A stretch of DNA of 64,000 bases from positions 4,321 to 68,320 of the forward strand of contig CAMZNU010000002.1 of the NCBI GenBank assembly GCA_947313885.1. Reading direction: 5' to 3'. A program made the position numbers and the translations under genes. The stretch is from an uncultured Clostridia bacterium (GTDB lineage: Bacteria; Bacillota; Clostridia; Lachnospirales; CAMZNU01). A model generated the notes under the pieces. It ran no database searches, was not told the origin of the DNA, and worked only from the letters and a program-made list of their open reading frames with translations. Shown one piece after another: positions 30,980 to 41,084 of the stretch (positions are counted from its first letter, which is position 1; every line of letters starts with the position of its first letter).

Positions 30980-32968
30980 ATGAAAAACATAAATGAATTA
31001 ACAACAGATACGTTAAGATTTTTAAGTATAGAGGCTATACAAAAAGCAAACTCTGGGCATCCAGGATTACCATTAGGAGCAGCACCTACGACTTGTACTT
31101 TATGGAGTAAACATTTAAAACACAATCCGAAAAACCCTAATTGGGAAAATAGAGATAGATTTATATTATCAGCAGGTCATGGATCAGCTTTATTATATTC
31201 AATGTTGCATGTATTTGGATATGACTTATCTATTGAAGATTTAAAAAACTTTAGACAAATAGATAGTAAAACGGCAGGACATCCAGAATATAAACATACG
31301 GTAGGCGTAGAAGTTACTACAGGTCCATTAGGGCAAGGGATAGCAAATGCGGTAGGTATGGCAATAGCAGAAAAACATTTAGGAGCAAAATTTAATAAAG
31401 ATGGATATGACATAGTAGATCATAATACTTATGTATTATGTGGCGATGGTTGTTTAATGGAAGGAATTTCAGGAGAAGCTAGTTCATTAGCAGGAACATT
31501 AGGTTTAGGTAAATTAATATTGCTGTATGATTCAAATAAAATAACTATAGAGGGAAGTACAGATATAGCATTTAGAGAAGATGTGAAAAAACGCTATAAA
31601 GCATATAATTGGGAAGTTATAACTGTTGACGATGGAAATGATATTGAGGAAATAAATAAAGCTATCACAGAAGCAAAATCAAATTTAAATCAGCCGACAT
31701 TAATAGAAATAAAAACAGAAATAGGATTTGGGTCACCAAAAGTAGGTACAGCTGGAGCGCATGGTTCGCCTTTAAATTTAGAAGATATACAACTTACAAA
31801 AGATAAATTAGGATGGGAAAGTAAGGAGTCATTTCATGTACCCAATGAAGTAAAGTCACATGTAGAAAAATTATTAATAGAGCAAAATAAAGAAGAACAA
31901 AAATGGAATGAATTAATGGAATCATATAAAAAGAACCATAAAGAAACGTATGATGAACTAGTTAAATGGTATGCAAATGAACCATGTAAGACTATGTTAG
32001 ATAGCGATGAGTTTTGGAATTTCAAAGAAACATTAGCTACAAGAATAGCATCAGAAAAAGTATTAAATAGGATTTGTAGTTTTGTACCAAACTTAATAGG
32101 TGGGTCGGCCGATTTAGCGCCTAGTACAAAATCGGAAATGGCGGGAAAGGAATATTTTTCAAAAGAGGATAGTAGAGGAAGTAATATACATTTTGGAATT
32201 CGTGAACATGCTATGGGTGCAATTTCAAATGGTATAGCATTACACGGAGGATTAAGAACATACAATGCAGGATTTTTTGTGTTTGCCGATTATATGAAAC
32301 CAGCTATGCGATTATCAGCATTAATGGATTTACCAGTGATAAATATATTAACTCATGACAGTATAGGAGTTGGTGAGGATGGACCTACTCACCAACCAGT
32401 TGAGCAATTAACGATGTTAAGAAGCATGCCAAATTATACAGTAGTAAGACCGTGTGATAGTACAGAGACGGTAGCTAGTTGGTATTTAGCATTAACAAGA
32501 AAGTCGCCAACAGGGATAGTATTATCAAGACAAAATTTAACGTCATTAAAAGAAACATCAAAAGAAGCTATAAAAGGTGGATACGTATTAAAGGATTGTA
32601 ATGGAACACCAGATTTAATATTAATTGCATCAGGATCAGAAGTAGAACTAATATATAATGTAGCAACTAAATTAAATGATGAAGGTATAAAAACAAGAGT
32701 TGTAAGTATGCTTTCAATGGAAGTATATGAAGAACAAGATGAGCAATATAAGGAAAGCGTATTACCAAAATCAGTTATAAATAGAGTCGCTGTCGAGGCA
32801 GGTGCTACGTTACCATGGTATAAATATGTTGGTTTATCAGGAAAAGTTATAGGCATAGACACATTTGGAGCATCAGCACCAGCAAATGAATTATTTAAGA
32901 AATTTGAAATTACAGAAGAAAATATAATAGAAGTAAGTAGAAAGATAATAAAAAATAATAAAAAATAA
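30980..32968 (+). CDS. tkt: transketolase
   Basis: RDRFILSAGHGS, GPLGQGIANAVGMA, CGDGCLMEGISGEA, THDSIGVGEDGPTHQP, 662 aa. Confidence 0.97.
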   Translation: MKNINELTTDTLRFLSIEAIQKANSGHPGLPLGAAPTTCTLWSKHLKHNPKNPNWENRDRFILSAGHGSALLYSMLHVFGYDLSIEDLKNFRQIDSKTAGHPEYKHTVGVEVTTGPLGQGIANAVGMAIAEKHLGAKFNKDGYDIVDHNTYVLCGDGCLMEGISGEASSLAGTLGLGKLILLYDSNKITIEGSTDIAFREDVKKRYKAYNWEVITVDDGNDIEEINKAITEAKSNLNQPTLIEIKTEIGFGSPKVGTAGAHGSPLNLEDIQLTKDKLGWESKESFHVPNEVKSHVEKLLIEQNKEEQKWNELMESYKKNHKETYDELVKWYANEPCKTMLDSDEFWNFKETLATRIASEKVLNRICSFVPNLIGGSADLAPSTKSEMAGKEYFSKEDSRGSNIHFGIREHAMGAISNGIALHGGLRTYNAGFFVFADYMKPAMRLSALMDLPVINILTHDSIGVGEDGPTHQPVEQLTMLRSMPNYTVVRPCDSTETVASWYLALTRKSPTGIVLSRQNLTSLKETSKEAIKGGYVLKDCNGTPDLILIASGSEVELIYNVATKLNDEGIKTRVVSMLSMEVYEEQDEQYKESVLPKSVINRVAVEAGATLPWYKYVGLSGKVIGIDTFGASAPANELFKKFEITEENIIEVSRKIIKNNKK

Positions 32969-32969
32969 T

Positions 32970-33011
32970 ATGTAAAAACCCACTTTTATTAAAAAAAGTG
33001 GGTTTTTACAT
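32970..33011. terminator. bidirectional terminator between convergent tkt and 33020..33445
   Basis: ATGTAAAAACCCACTTTT ... AAAAGTGGGTTTTTACAT perfect stem. Confidence 0.9.
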
Positions 33012-33019
33012 ATGTATAA

Positions 33020-33445
33020 TTATTTAATTATTATTGCTTTACTCAATGCATCATCAACAGCCGTTAATAATATTTTAGTAGTTTCAATAGAAATTGCCGA
33101 AGTTTCAACAGAAGTACTTTGGTTTCTAATAATACTTTCAGAAAGTGCAACCATAGTAGGCTTTAACAATGGGTAGAAAACTTCTTGGGTTTCGTTTAGA
33201 TCTAGTAATAGCACATCTAATATTTCATATTCATCAACTACAACTACTACATTAATTTTAGAGTCGTTTAAAATGATTTCCGAAGTATATTCTCCTGGTA
33301 TGTATTTTGAGCTTTGTACTTCTTGATCATTTTTTGGTAAAAACATAAAAATGATAAATAATAATATTATAAGTCCTGTCACAAATAAAACAGTTGATCT
33401 AATAATATCCTTTAATGAGAAAACCATTATTTTAGTGTTTTTCAT
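33020..33445 (-). CDS. small membrane-anchored protein with FMN_bind-like fold pattern but no SGAT motif
   Basis: N-terminal TM; PGEYTSEIILNDSKINVVVVVDEYEI...VETSAISIETTKILLTAVDDAL resembles an FMN_bind repeat whose SGA(T/S) is absent. Confidence 0.5.
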   Translation of the reverse strand: MKNTKIMVFSLKDIIRSTVLFVTGLIILLFIIFMFLPKNDQEVQSSKYIPGEYTSEIILNDSKINVVVVVDEYEILDVLLLDLNETQEVFYPLLKPTMVALSESIIRNQSTSVETSAISIETTKILLTAVDDALSKAIIIK

Positions 33446-33551
33446 TTGTTACCTCCTTTTGTATATATGTTAATATAATATTACTTATAAATAAAAATTA
33501 TGATACAATTAAAAATAAAAATAAAAATAAAATTATTTTAGAATAAAAGAG

Positions 33552-36500
33552 GTGACCGTTATTTTACAATTTATATTAGGAAGTATTGGAAATGGCAAAA
33601 CAACATATTGTATAGAAGAAGCATATAAACGTAAAAACAAAAAGTTAAAAAGTTTAATAATAACACCAGATCAATTTGTGTTAGAAAGTGAAAAAAAAAT
33701 AATTAAATACACAAAGGAAAGAGGCATATTAGATATTGAAGTATTAGGGTTTAATAGGCTAGCACAAAGAATAATAGCTACCAGTAGCTTATCCAATAAA
33801 ACAATTTTAGATAGTACTACTAAAATAATGTTAATAAAAAAGATAATCATTGAAAATGAAAATAGATTACAATATTATTCTAATTCAGCAGATAAACAAG
33901 GATTTATTGAAAAAATAAGTAACATAATAAAAGAGTTTTATGAAAATGACGTAACAGAAAAAAAAATAGCACGTACAATAAAAGAATTGGTTAAGGAAAA
34001 AAATAATAACGTACTGTTAAAAAAAATAGAAGATATAAATTTAATTATAAGATGTTATAAAGAGTTTCTAGAAGAAAATTATATTGATGAAGATAATTTA
34101 TTAAATGTTTTGAATAAAATAATAAAAGAAGATGAAACGTTAAAAAACACAAGAGTATTTATAGATGGGTTTATTAATTGCAATAGATCACAAATAAAAA
34201 TAATAGGAAATCTTTTAAATATATGTGAAAAAGTAGTTATTACATTGCCTCTTAGTAAAGTACAAATAGAAAATACAATAACTAAACTTGATCCATATTA
34301 CGAACCCAAAAAAATGTATATGGAAATAATGAAGCTAGCCCATGAAAATGAAGTAAATATTGATACGGAAATAGTATTAGAAAACAAAACTAAATATAGT
34401 AAAGAAATAGATCATATTAGAGCAAATTACTTAAAAGTAAATCACATAGAAGAATTTAATTTTAATGAAAACATTAAGATAATTGAAGAAGAAGATAAGT
34501 TTGAAGAGGCAAAAGCTATAGGAAGAGAAGTAATATATTTAGTGAAAAATGAAGGATATAGATTTAAAGATATTGTAATTATAACAGGCGAAATAACAGA
34601 ATATGAAACAGTTATTAAAAGTGTATTTAAAAATTATAATATTCCAATTTTTGTAGATACTAAAAAACCGTTACACGTACATCCGTCTGTAGAAATTATT
34701 TTAGGAATATTAGATGTATGCATATCTAATTATTCATATGAAAGTATTTTTAGAATATTGAAGACGGGAATACTAGATTTTACAGAAGAGGAAGTTAATA
34801 TATTAGAGACATATGTATTAGCGACAGGTATGACAGGATATAAATGGGGGTTCGATGAATGGACTTTTGAATTAAAAAATGAACGTTTTGATTTAGAGGT
34901 TATTAACGATCTAAAAAATAGGTTTAGAAATGGCATTGTACCATTTACAAGCAAGTTCACATATAAAACAAAAAGCACAGTAAAAGAATTTTCAACGTAC
35001 ATAATTGAAGTTTTAAAAAATTTAAAAGTAGGAGAAAGGGTTTTAGCATTAAGCAATGAAGAAAACAATTATGATAAAATTTGGAAACAATTAATGGAAG
35101 TATTAAATAAAACAGTAGAGGTACTAGGAGGATCAGAAGTAACAACAATAGAATATAAAAAGCTATTAGAGTCAGGATTTTTAAGTGCAAATGTAGGGAT
35201 AATACCAGCAGGTCAAGATGAAATTATTTTAGGAAATATATCACGCACACAAATAGACGTTAAAAAGTGCTTAATCGTATTGGGATGTAACTTCGGAAAT
35301 ATTCCATTAGTAAATAAAGATGATACCTTATTAATAGATAGAGATATAGATACTATAAATAAAACAGGATATGAAATTTTAAATAATTCTAAGACAAAAG
35401 TGTTGGGGCAGAACTTATTACTTTATAGGATGCTATTAAAAAGTAGTAAAAATATAATTTTAACGTATTCAAGAAATACAGTTGCAGGTAAGGAGCTTTT
35501 AGCATCAGAACTTGTATTAAAAATACAAAAGATGTTTAACATAAAAATAAATGAGAATAAAGTATTGGCTAACGATGAAAATTTAGACTTGTTAAATATA
35601 ATTATTAAACTTAAAGATAATATAGAATTGAGTACTAAGGAAAAAAATTTAATAAATTATTATGAAAGAAATGAGCATAATAAAAACCTGTTAAATATAA
35701 TAAAAAAATCTTCGGCGCTACATAAAAAAAGAGAGGTTCTAAGCCCCGAGATAGTAAATAAAATATATAGTGATGAAATAGCGTCTAGCGTAACTAAATT
35801 AGAAAAATATGCTTTATGCCCATTTGCATATTTCATGAAATATAATTTAAATGTAGATGAACGTAAAATATATGAAGTGAGACATTTAGAATTTGGAAAT
35901 GTTTTGCATAATATATTAGACGACTTTATAACACAAATGAATGTACTAGGCAATGTATACGGAGATGTTACAAAAGAATATATAAGTGAATTTACAAAAG
36001 ATCATATGGAAAAAATAATCAAAGAGAATAAACATAATGTTTTTAATGATAATGAAAAAAATAAATATTTATTAAGTAGGATAAGTAGAATTGCAAAAAG
36101 ATCAATATGGGCATTAGTTGCGCATATAAATAGCGGGGAGTTTATACCATATAAATCAGAATTTTCTTTTTCGCGGAATCAAAGTCTAAAGGGTATAGAA
36201 TTTGATCTAGGAGATAATAAAAAAATTATCATTTCGGGTAAAGTTGATAGAATTGATATTTTGAAAACTGATGGCGAAAAATATTTCAAAATAATAGATT
36301 ATAAACTATCGGCTAAAAAAATAGATTTAAAAGATGTCTACAAAGGTGTAGAGTTACAACTTATAACATATTTAAATATTTTAATAGAGAACGTGGAAGG
36401 AATTAACGTAGATATTAAGAACCAAAATAAAGCAGGTGGAGTTTTTTACTTCACATTACAAGATCCATTATTAAGTAGTGATAAATTAGGGAGTGAAATT

Positions 36501-36953
36501 ATTAACGCTTTAAAATCAGAGGATGCGGGCATTGTAGAAGGTGAGGTTGACAAAGAAATATTGAAAGAGTTCAAAATGACAGGGCTTGTAAATGAAGATA
36601 AGGAAATTATAAAACATATAGATAATAGTGGAAATAAAAAATCTGATATTATACCGATAGCATTTAAAAAAGATGGTGAAATAAGTGCAGTTAGTCGCAG
36701 AAATGCGTTAAGTAATGAAGAATTTGATTTATTAAGAAATCATTGTACAAAAAAAATAGTTGAGATAGGCAAAAAAATGACAAATGGTGATATTTCAATA
36801 TCACCGTTAAAGAGAGATACAAAAACGTCATGTGATTTTTGTTTATATAAAGGAATATGCTTGATAGACATAGTAGACGAAAATAAAAGATATACGTCAA
36901 TAGAGAAACTAAGTAAAGAAGAAATATTTAAAAGAATTTTGGAGGAACAATAG
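33552..36953 (+). CDS. addB: ATP-dependent helicase/nuclease subunit AddB
   Basis: GTG start; GSIGNGKTTY; C-terminal nuclease with GKVDRID...IIDYK and Fe-S cysteines YALCPFAYF + CDFCLYKGIC; 1133 aa. Confidence 0.93.
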   Translation: MTVILQFILGSIGNGKTTYCIEEAYKRKNKKLKSLIITPDQFVLESEKKIIKYTKERGILDIEVLGFNRLAQRIIATSSLSNKTILDSTTKIMLIKKIIIENENRLQYYSNSADKQGFIEKISNIIKEFYENDVTEKKIARTIKELVKEKNNNVLLKKIEDINLIIRCYKEFLEENYIDEDNLLNVLNKIIKEDETLKNTRVFIDGFINCNRSQIKIIGNLLNICEKVVITLPLSKVQIENTITKLDPYYEPKKMYMEIMKLAHENEVNIDTEIVLENKTKYSKEIDHIRANYLKVNHIEEFNFNENIKIIEEEDKFEEAKAIGREVIYLVKNEGYRFKDIVIITGEITEYETVIKSVFKNYNIPIFVDTKKPLHVHPSVEIILGILDVCISNYSYESIFRILKTGILDFTEEEVNILETYVLATGMTGYKWGFDEWTFELKNERFDLEVINDLKNRFRNGIVPFTSKFTYKTKSTVKEFSTYIIEVLKNLKVGERVLALSNEENNYDKIWKQLMEVLNKTVEVLGGSEVTTIEYKKLLESGFLSANVGIIPAGQDEIILGNISRTQIDVKKCLIVLGCNFGNIPLVNKDDTLLIDRDIDTINKTGYEILNNSKTKVLGQNLLLYRMLLKSSKNIILTYSRNTVAGKELLASELVLKIQKMFNIKINENKVLANDENLDLLNIIIKLKDNIELSTKEKNLINYYERNEHNKNLLNIIKKSSALHKKREVLSPEIVNKIYSDEIASSVTKLEKYALCPFAYFMKYNLNVDERKIYEVRHLEFGNVLHNILDDFITQMNVLGNVYGDVTKEYISEFTKDHMEKIIKENKHNVFNDNEKNKYLLSRISRIAKRSIWALVAHINSGEFIPYKSEFSFSRNQSLKGIEFDLGDNKKIIISGKVDRIDILKTDGEKYFKIIDYKLSAKKIDLKDVYKGVELQLITYLNILIENVEGINVDIKNQNKAGGVFYFTLQDPLLSSDKLGSEIINALKSEDAGIVEGEVDKEILKEFKMTGLVNEDKEIIKHIDNSGNKKSDIIPIAFKKDGEISAVSRRNALSNEEFDLLRNHCTKKIVEIGKKMTNGDISISPLKRDTKTSCDFCLYKGICLIDIVDENKRYTSIEKLSKEEIFKRILEEQ

Positions 36954-36954
36954 T

Positions 36955-38490
36955 ATGGTAGAACTAATAAAAAATGAAGTTAGTAAAATATTAAAAGTAA
37001 AAGAAGAAGATGTAAATATTTTAGAAAAATTAAAAGGTGGGATGAGTAACCATATGTATGTTATAGAAGTTAATGGTCTAAAATATACATTTAGAATACC
37101 TGGGAAAAAGGCTAATAATTTTGTAGATAGAGAAAAAGAGTTAGAAAATATTAAATTAGTTGAAAAATTAGAAGTTAACAATGAAATGTACTATTTCGAT
37201 GAGGTAGTAGGGTATAAGCTGTCAAAATATGTTGAGGGAGAATGTTTGATAGAAAAGAAAGTGGAAGACTATCTTGTAGATGTATCAGAAATTTTAAGAA
37301 AAGTGCATAATTCAGAATTAAGATCTAAATATGACTATGATTGTATGGGAAGATTATCAAAGTATGAGAAATTAGTAACAGATAAAGGTTATATAGGAAA
37401 AAGAGAAAAATATTATGAATTAAAGAAAAAACTGGAATCAGATTTCTCTTTTTTACAAAATGGTAATTTAGTTTTATGTCATGGAGATAGTCAGGTATCA
37501 AATTTTGTAGTGGGGGAAGATAAGTTATATTTATTAGACTGGGAATTTTGTGGAAATAATGACCCTATTTATGACATAGCTTGCTTTGGAAATGTTGATT
37601 TTGAAGATGCACTTAAATTATTGCCAATATATTTAGGACGTGAACCAAATGCTATTGAAATAAGTAAGTTAAATTATTTTAGAGGATTTCAATGTTTGCA
37701 ATGGCATAATGTTGCACTTTATAAGGATTTAATCGGTTTAAGCGAGGAACTTTCTGTTCCATTTTTAGAAATATCTGAAGGTTATTTAGTTAAGGCTGAG
37801 AAATTTTTAGAAGATGCGAGAATTAAAATGAATATAGAAAATGAAAAAGATTTATTAGAATTTGAAATATTTAAGGTTTTAGGGCCAGACATGTTAGAAA
37901 AAATGTCAAATGTAGTATACACCCAAACTATAGAAGCAGAAGAATTAATATATTCATCAAATGTATGTAAGGGTATATTAATAATTAAAGAAGGTAAATT
38001 TAGAGTATATATGGTTTCCGAAACAGGACGTGAAATAACTTTATTTTATGCAGAGAAAGGCGATACTTTGGCGCTTGCAATGAATTGTATGAGTGGTAGC
38101 ATGCCGATTAGTGTGCACGTTAAAGCTATTCAAGATAGTATTATTTATAAAATTGATAATGATGAATTTTTAAGATTTCATAGAAGTTCATTCGAGTTAC
38201 AAAAATTTATAATTGAGAACATGACGAAAAATATGAATGAAGTAATGTGGGTAATTGAACAAGTAGCGTTTAATAGTATAGACAAAAGAGTTGCAGGATA
38301 TTTATTAGACTTAGATCAAAATATTATTTATAAGACGCATAAAGAAATAGGCAATGAATTAGGAACGGCTAGGGAAGTCGTTAGTAGGATGTTAAAATAT
38401 TTCGAGCAACTAGGTCATATAGAAATTACACGAGGGAAAATTTATATTAAAGAAAAAGAAGAACTAGAAAAAATAGTTAGGCATATGTAA
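36955..38490 (+). CDS. fusion: APH/choline-kinase-like phosphotransferase + Crp/Fnr family transcriptional regulator
   Basis: N-terminal GGMSNHMYVIEV, LCHGDSQVSNFVV, LYLLDWEFCGNNDPIYDIACF; C-terminal cNMP-binding-like ILIIKEGKFRVYMVSETGREITLFYAEKGD and Crp HTH THKEIGNELGTAREVVSRMLKYFEQLGHIEITRGKIYI; one uninterrupted ORF. Confidence 0.87.
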   Translation: MVELIKNEVSKILKVKEEDVNILEKLKGGMSNHMYVIEVNGLKYTFRIPGKKANNFVDREKELENIKLVEKLEVNNEMYYFDEVVGYKLSKYVEGECLIEKKVEDYLVDVSEILRKVHNSELRSKYDYDCMGRLSKYEKLVTDKGYIGKREKYYELKKKLESDFSFLQNGNLVLCHGDSQVSNFVVGEDKLYLLDWEFCGNNDPIYDIACFGNVDFEDALKLLPIYLGREPNAIEISKLNYFRGFQCLQWHNVALYKDLIGLSEELSVPFLEISEGYLVKAEKFLEDARIKMNIENEKDLLEFEIFKVLGPDMLEKMSNVVYTQTIEAEELIYSSNVCKGILIIKEGKFRVYMVSETGREITLFYAEKGDTLALAMNCMSGSMPISVHVKAIQDSIIYKIDNDEFLRFHRSSFELQKFIIENMTKNMNEVMWVIEQVAFNSIDKRVAGYLLDLDQNIIYKTHKEIGNELGTAREVVSRMLKYFEQLGHIEITRGKIYIKEKEELEKIVRHM

Positions 38491-39161
38491 TGGAATATAT
38501 ATTAACCTTTTTTGCAGGAGTAATAACGTTTATATCACCGTGTTTATTACCTATTATCCCCATTTATATTAGCTACATCTCATTAGAAAATACGGCAAGT
38601 AGTAAGGTAAAGCTAATTAATTCAATTGGATTTTCTTTAGGATTTTCTATAGTGTTTTCAATGTTGGGAGCTATATTTTCAACGTTTTCGTTGTATGTAA
38701 ATGAATATAATAAAATTATTTCTATAGTTTCAGGAATTATAGTTATAACATTTGGATTAAGTGTATTAGGTGTAGTGCAATTGAAGATGCCGTATATTAA
38801 AAACAGAAGTAATTTAAACATGGAAAAACTAACATTTTTTAAATCTCTAATATTTGGAATTATTTTTGCTATTACAATGTCGCCGTGTTTAAATACATTT
38901 TTAGGAAGTGCATTATTACTATCAGCTAGTAGTGATAATTTAGACGTTATAAAAGGGGTAGCATTAATGTTAACATTTTCATTGGGGCTAGCAATACCGT
39001 TTATAATAACAGCGATGTTTATTGAGGAGATGGAAAAGATATTTTCAATGTTAAATAAAAATAGAAACAAAATACAAAAAATATCAGGAATATTTATGAT
39101 ATTTTTGGGTGTATTAATATTTATGGGAAAAATAAATTTAATTACCCAGATTTTTGATTAG
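38490..39161 (+). CDS. ccdA: CcdA-like cytochrome c biogenesis / thiol-disulfide transmembrane protein
   Basis: FISPCLLPIIPIYISYIS and ITMSPCLNTFLGSAL (paired Cys-Pro helices). Confidence 0.9.
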   Translation: MEYILTFFAGVITFISPCLLPIIPIYISYISLENTASSKVKLINSIGFSLGFSIVFSMLGAIFSTFSLYVNEYNKIISIVSGIIVITFGLSVLGVVQLKMPYIKNRSNLNMEKLTFFKSLIFGIIFAITMSPCLNTFLGSALLLSASSDNLDVIKGVALMLTFSLGLAIPFIITAMFIEEMEKIFSMLNKNRNKIQKISGIFMIFLGVLIFMGKINLITQIFD

Positions 39162-39168
39162 GAGGATT

Positions 39169-39768
39169 ATGAATAAAAGAAGAATAATATTAATAATATC
39201 AACAGTATTGCTACTACTAGGAACATTAGTGACATCATATTTAACAAAGAATATATATGATACAAAAAATTATATTACAGATAACGTGGCAAGAGAAAAA
39301 AGTAAAGAAAAAAATGCGAAAGAAGGAGGCGTAGAAAAAGAAAACGAATCCGTTATAAATAGTTTAGATTTCACATTAAAAAACATAACAGGCAGTACTA
39401 CATCATTAAGTTCATTTAAAGATAAAAAAGTTGTTGTAATAAATTTCTGGGCAACATGGTGTAGTAATTGTAAAAAAGGGTTTCCAGATAAAATGAAATT
39501 AGAAGAACAATATAAAGAAAAAGTAGACTTTATTTTTATAAATGTTCAAGAAAGTAAAGAAAAAGTAGACGAGTATATGCGTGAAAATGGCTTTACATTT
39601 AAAAATAATTTATTAGATCTTGATGGTGAGGTCAGTCAATTATATGGAATTTCTGGAATACCAACAACAGTAATTATAAATAAAGAATTTACAGAAATTA
39701 TGGGATTTGTCGGAGATGTTGAAATAGGTATTTTTGAAAAAGAGATAATTAAGATGATTAGTAAATAA
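39169..39768 (+). CDS. TlpA/ResA-like thioredoxin-fold protein
   Basis: N-terminal TM anchor; VVVINFWATWCSNCKKGFPDKMKLEEQY; YGISGIPTTVIINKE. Confidence 0.92.
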   Translation: MNKRRIILIISTVLLLLGTLVTSYLTKNIYDTKNYITDNVAREKSKEKNAKEGGVEKENESVINSLDFTLKNITGSTTSLSSFKDKKVVVINFWATWCSNCKKGFPDKMKLEEQYKEKVDFIFINVQESKEKVDEYMRENGFTFKNNLLDLDGEVSQLYGISGIPTTVIINKEFTEIMGFVGDVEIGIFEKEIIKMISK

Positions 39769-39896
39769 TAAAACAAATGAAATTATGCAAGTTATTTACT
39801 CTAAAAGTATTATGTAAATAATATTGATTTTCATTAAAAAAAAAATATAGAATTAAAAACAGTTAGATTTACATTTATATTAGAAAAGGAGAACAA

Positions 39897-41084
39897 ATGG
39901 ATTTAGTAATGTTAAGTAGGATACAGTTTGCATTTACTGTAGGGTTTCATTTTTTATTTGTACCAATTAGTATTGGCGTGATTTTACATATGGCAATATT
40001 TGAATTTTTGCATTTAAAAACAGGGAAAGACGACTACAGAAAATTGACAGATTTTTTTGGAAATATATTTATTGTAAACTATGCAGTAGGTATAGTTACA
40101 GGAATTGGGATGAGTATACAGTTTGGAACTAATTGGGGAGAATATTCGACGTTTATGGGAGATTTATTTGGAGCTCCTTTAGCGATCGAGGCGTTACTAG
40201 CGTTTTTTCTAGAGTCTACATTTACGGGGATATATATTTTTAGAAGAAGTATTATGTCACCTAAATTTAGATTTGTAACAATTTTACTAATGACTTTAGG
40301 AACAAGTTTATCAGCATTATGGATTATAACGGCAAATGGGTTTATGCAAAACCCACTAGGTTACGAATTAAGTAGCGATGGGAGTAGAATAATATTAGTT
40401 GATTTTATGGCTATACTTTTAAACCCGTATGCGTGGTATATATTAGTACATACGTTACTAGCATCATATTTATTAGGTGCTATGTTCATAATGTCAGTGT
40501 CGGCAATGAAATTATTGCAACCTAATGTTTCAAAAGAAGAAAGTGAAATAATAGGCATGGCAACAAAAATTAGTAGTAAGACATTACTGTTGTTTAGTGT
40601 ATTAATATCAAGCCTAGGAGGTAGTTACACTATGTTCATAGGATTAATGCAAGAAACAAAAATGGATATGATTACGGGAATAGATAAATCTACAACAGGT
40701 CAAATAGTAGGTGCAAGCTTTTTAATAATGGTTACTCTTGGAACGATTTTTGTAATTATTGCGTTATACACGATTATCTTTTATAAACATTATGAAAAAT
40801 CTACAACTATGAAAAAAATATATGTTTATATATTTACATTGCCCTTTATAGCTATTCTTACGGGATGGATAGTAACAGAAGTAGGAAGACAGCCATGGGT
40901 AGTGTATGGGCTAATGAAAACTTCAGATGGTGTATCCTTAGTTCCTACAAGTCAAGTATGGTTTTCTCTAATTAGTGTGTTTTTAGTAAATGGAGTTCTG
41001 TTTGTTTTAGTAATGCATTTAAGTAAAACACAAATTAGAAAAAGTATATTTGACAATAAATACAACTATAAAGGAGGAAATTAA
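39897..41084 (+). CDS. cydA: cytochrome bd-type oxidase subunit I, divergent and short (395 aa)
   Basis: SRIQFAFTVGFHFLFVPISIG, GAPLAIEALLAFFLESTFTG, LVHTLLASYLLGAM, TEVGRQPWVVYGL; Q-loop region shortened and altered. Confidence 0.9.
   Translation: MDLVMLSRIQFAFTVGFHFLFVPISIGVILHMAIFEFLHLKTGKDDYRKLTDFFGNIFIVNYAVGIVTGIGMSIQFGTNWGEYSTFMGDLFGAPLAIEALLAFFLESTFTGIYIFRRSIMSPKFRFVTILLMTLGTSLSALWIITANGFMQNPLGYELSSDGSRIILVDFMAILLNPYAWYILVHTLLASYLLGAMFIMSVSAMKLLQPNVSKEESEIIGMATKISSKTLLLFSVLISSLGGSYTMFIGLMQETKMDMITGIDKSTTGQIVGASFLIMVTLGTIFVIIALYTIIFYKHYEKSTTMKKIYVYIFTLPFIAILTGWIVTEVGRQPWVVYGLMKTSDGVSLVPTSQVWFSLISVFLVNGVLFVLVMHLSKTQIRKSIFDNKYNYKGGN

Noticed and set aside
31834-32862. Two antisense ORFs (143 and 142 aa) in tkt
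   Set aside because: Overlap the confirmed transketolase frame; no independent evidence.
38573-39070. 165-aa minus-strand ORF opposite ccdA
   Set aside because: Complementary reading of a hydrophobic helix gene; no SD or family motif.
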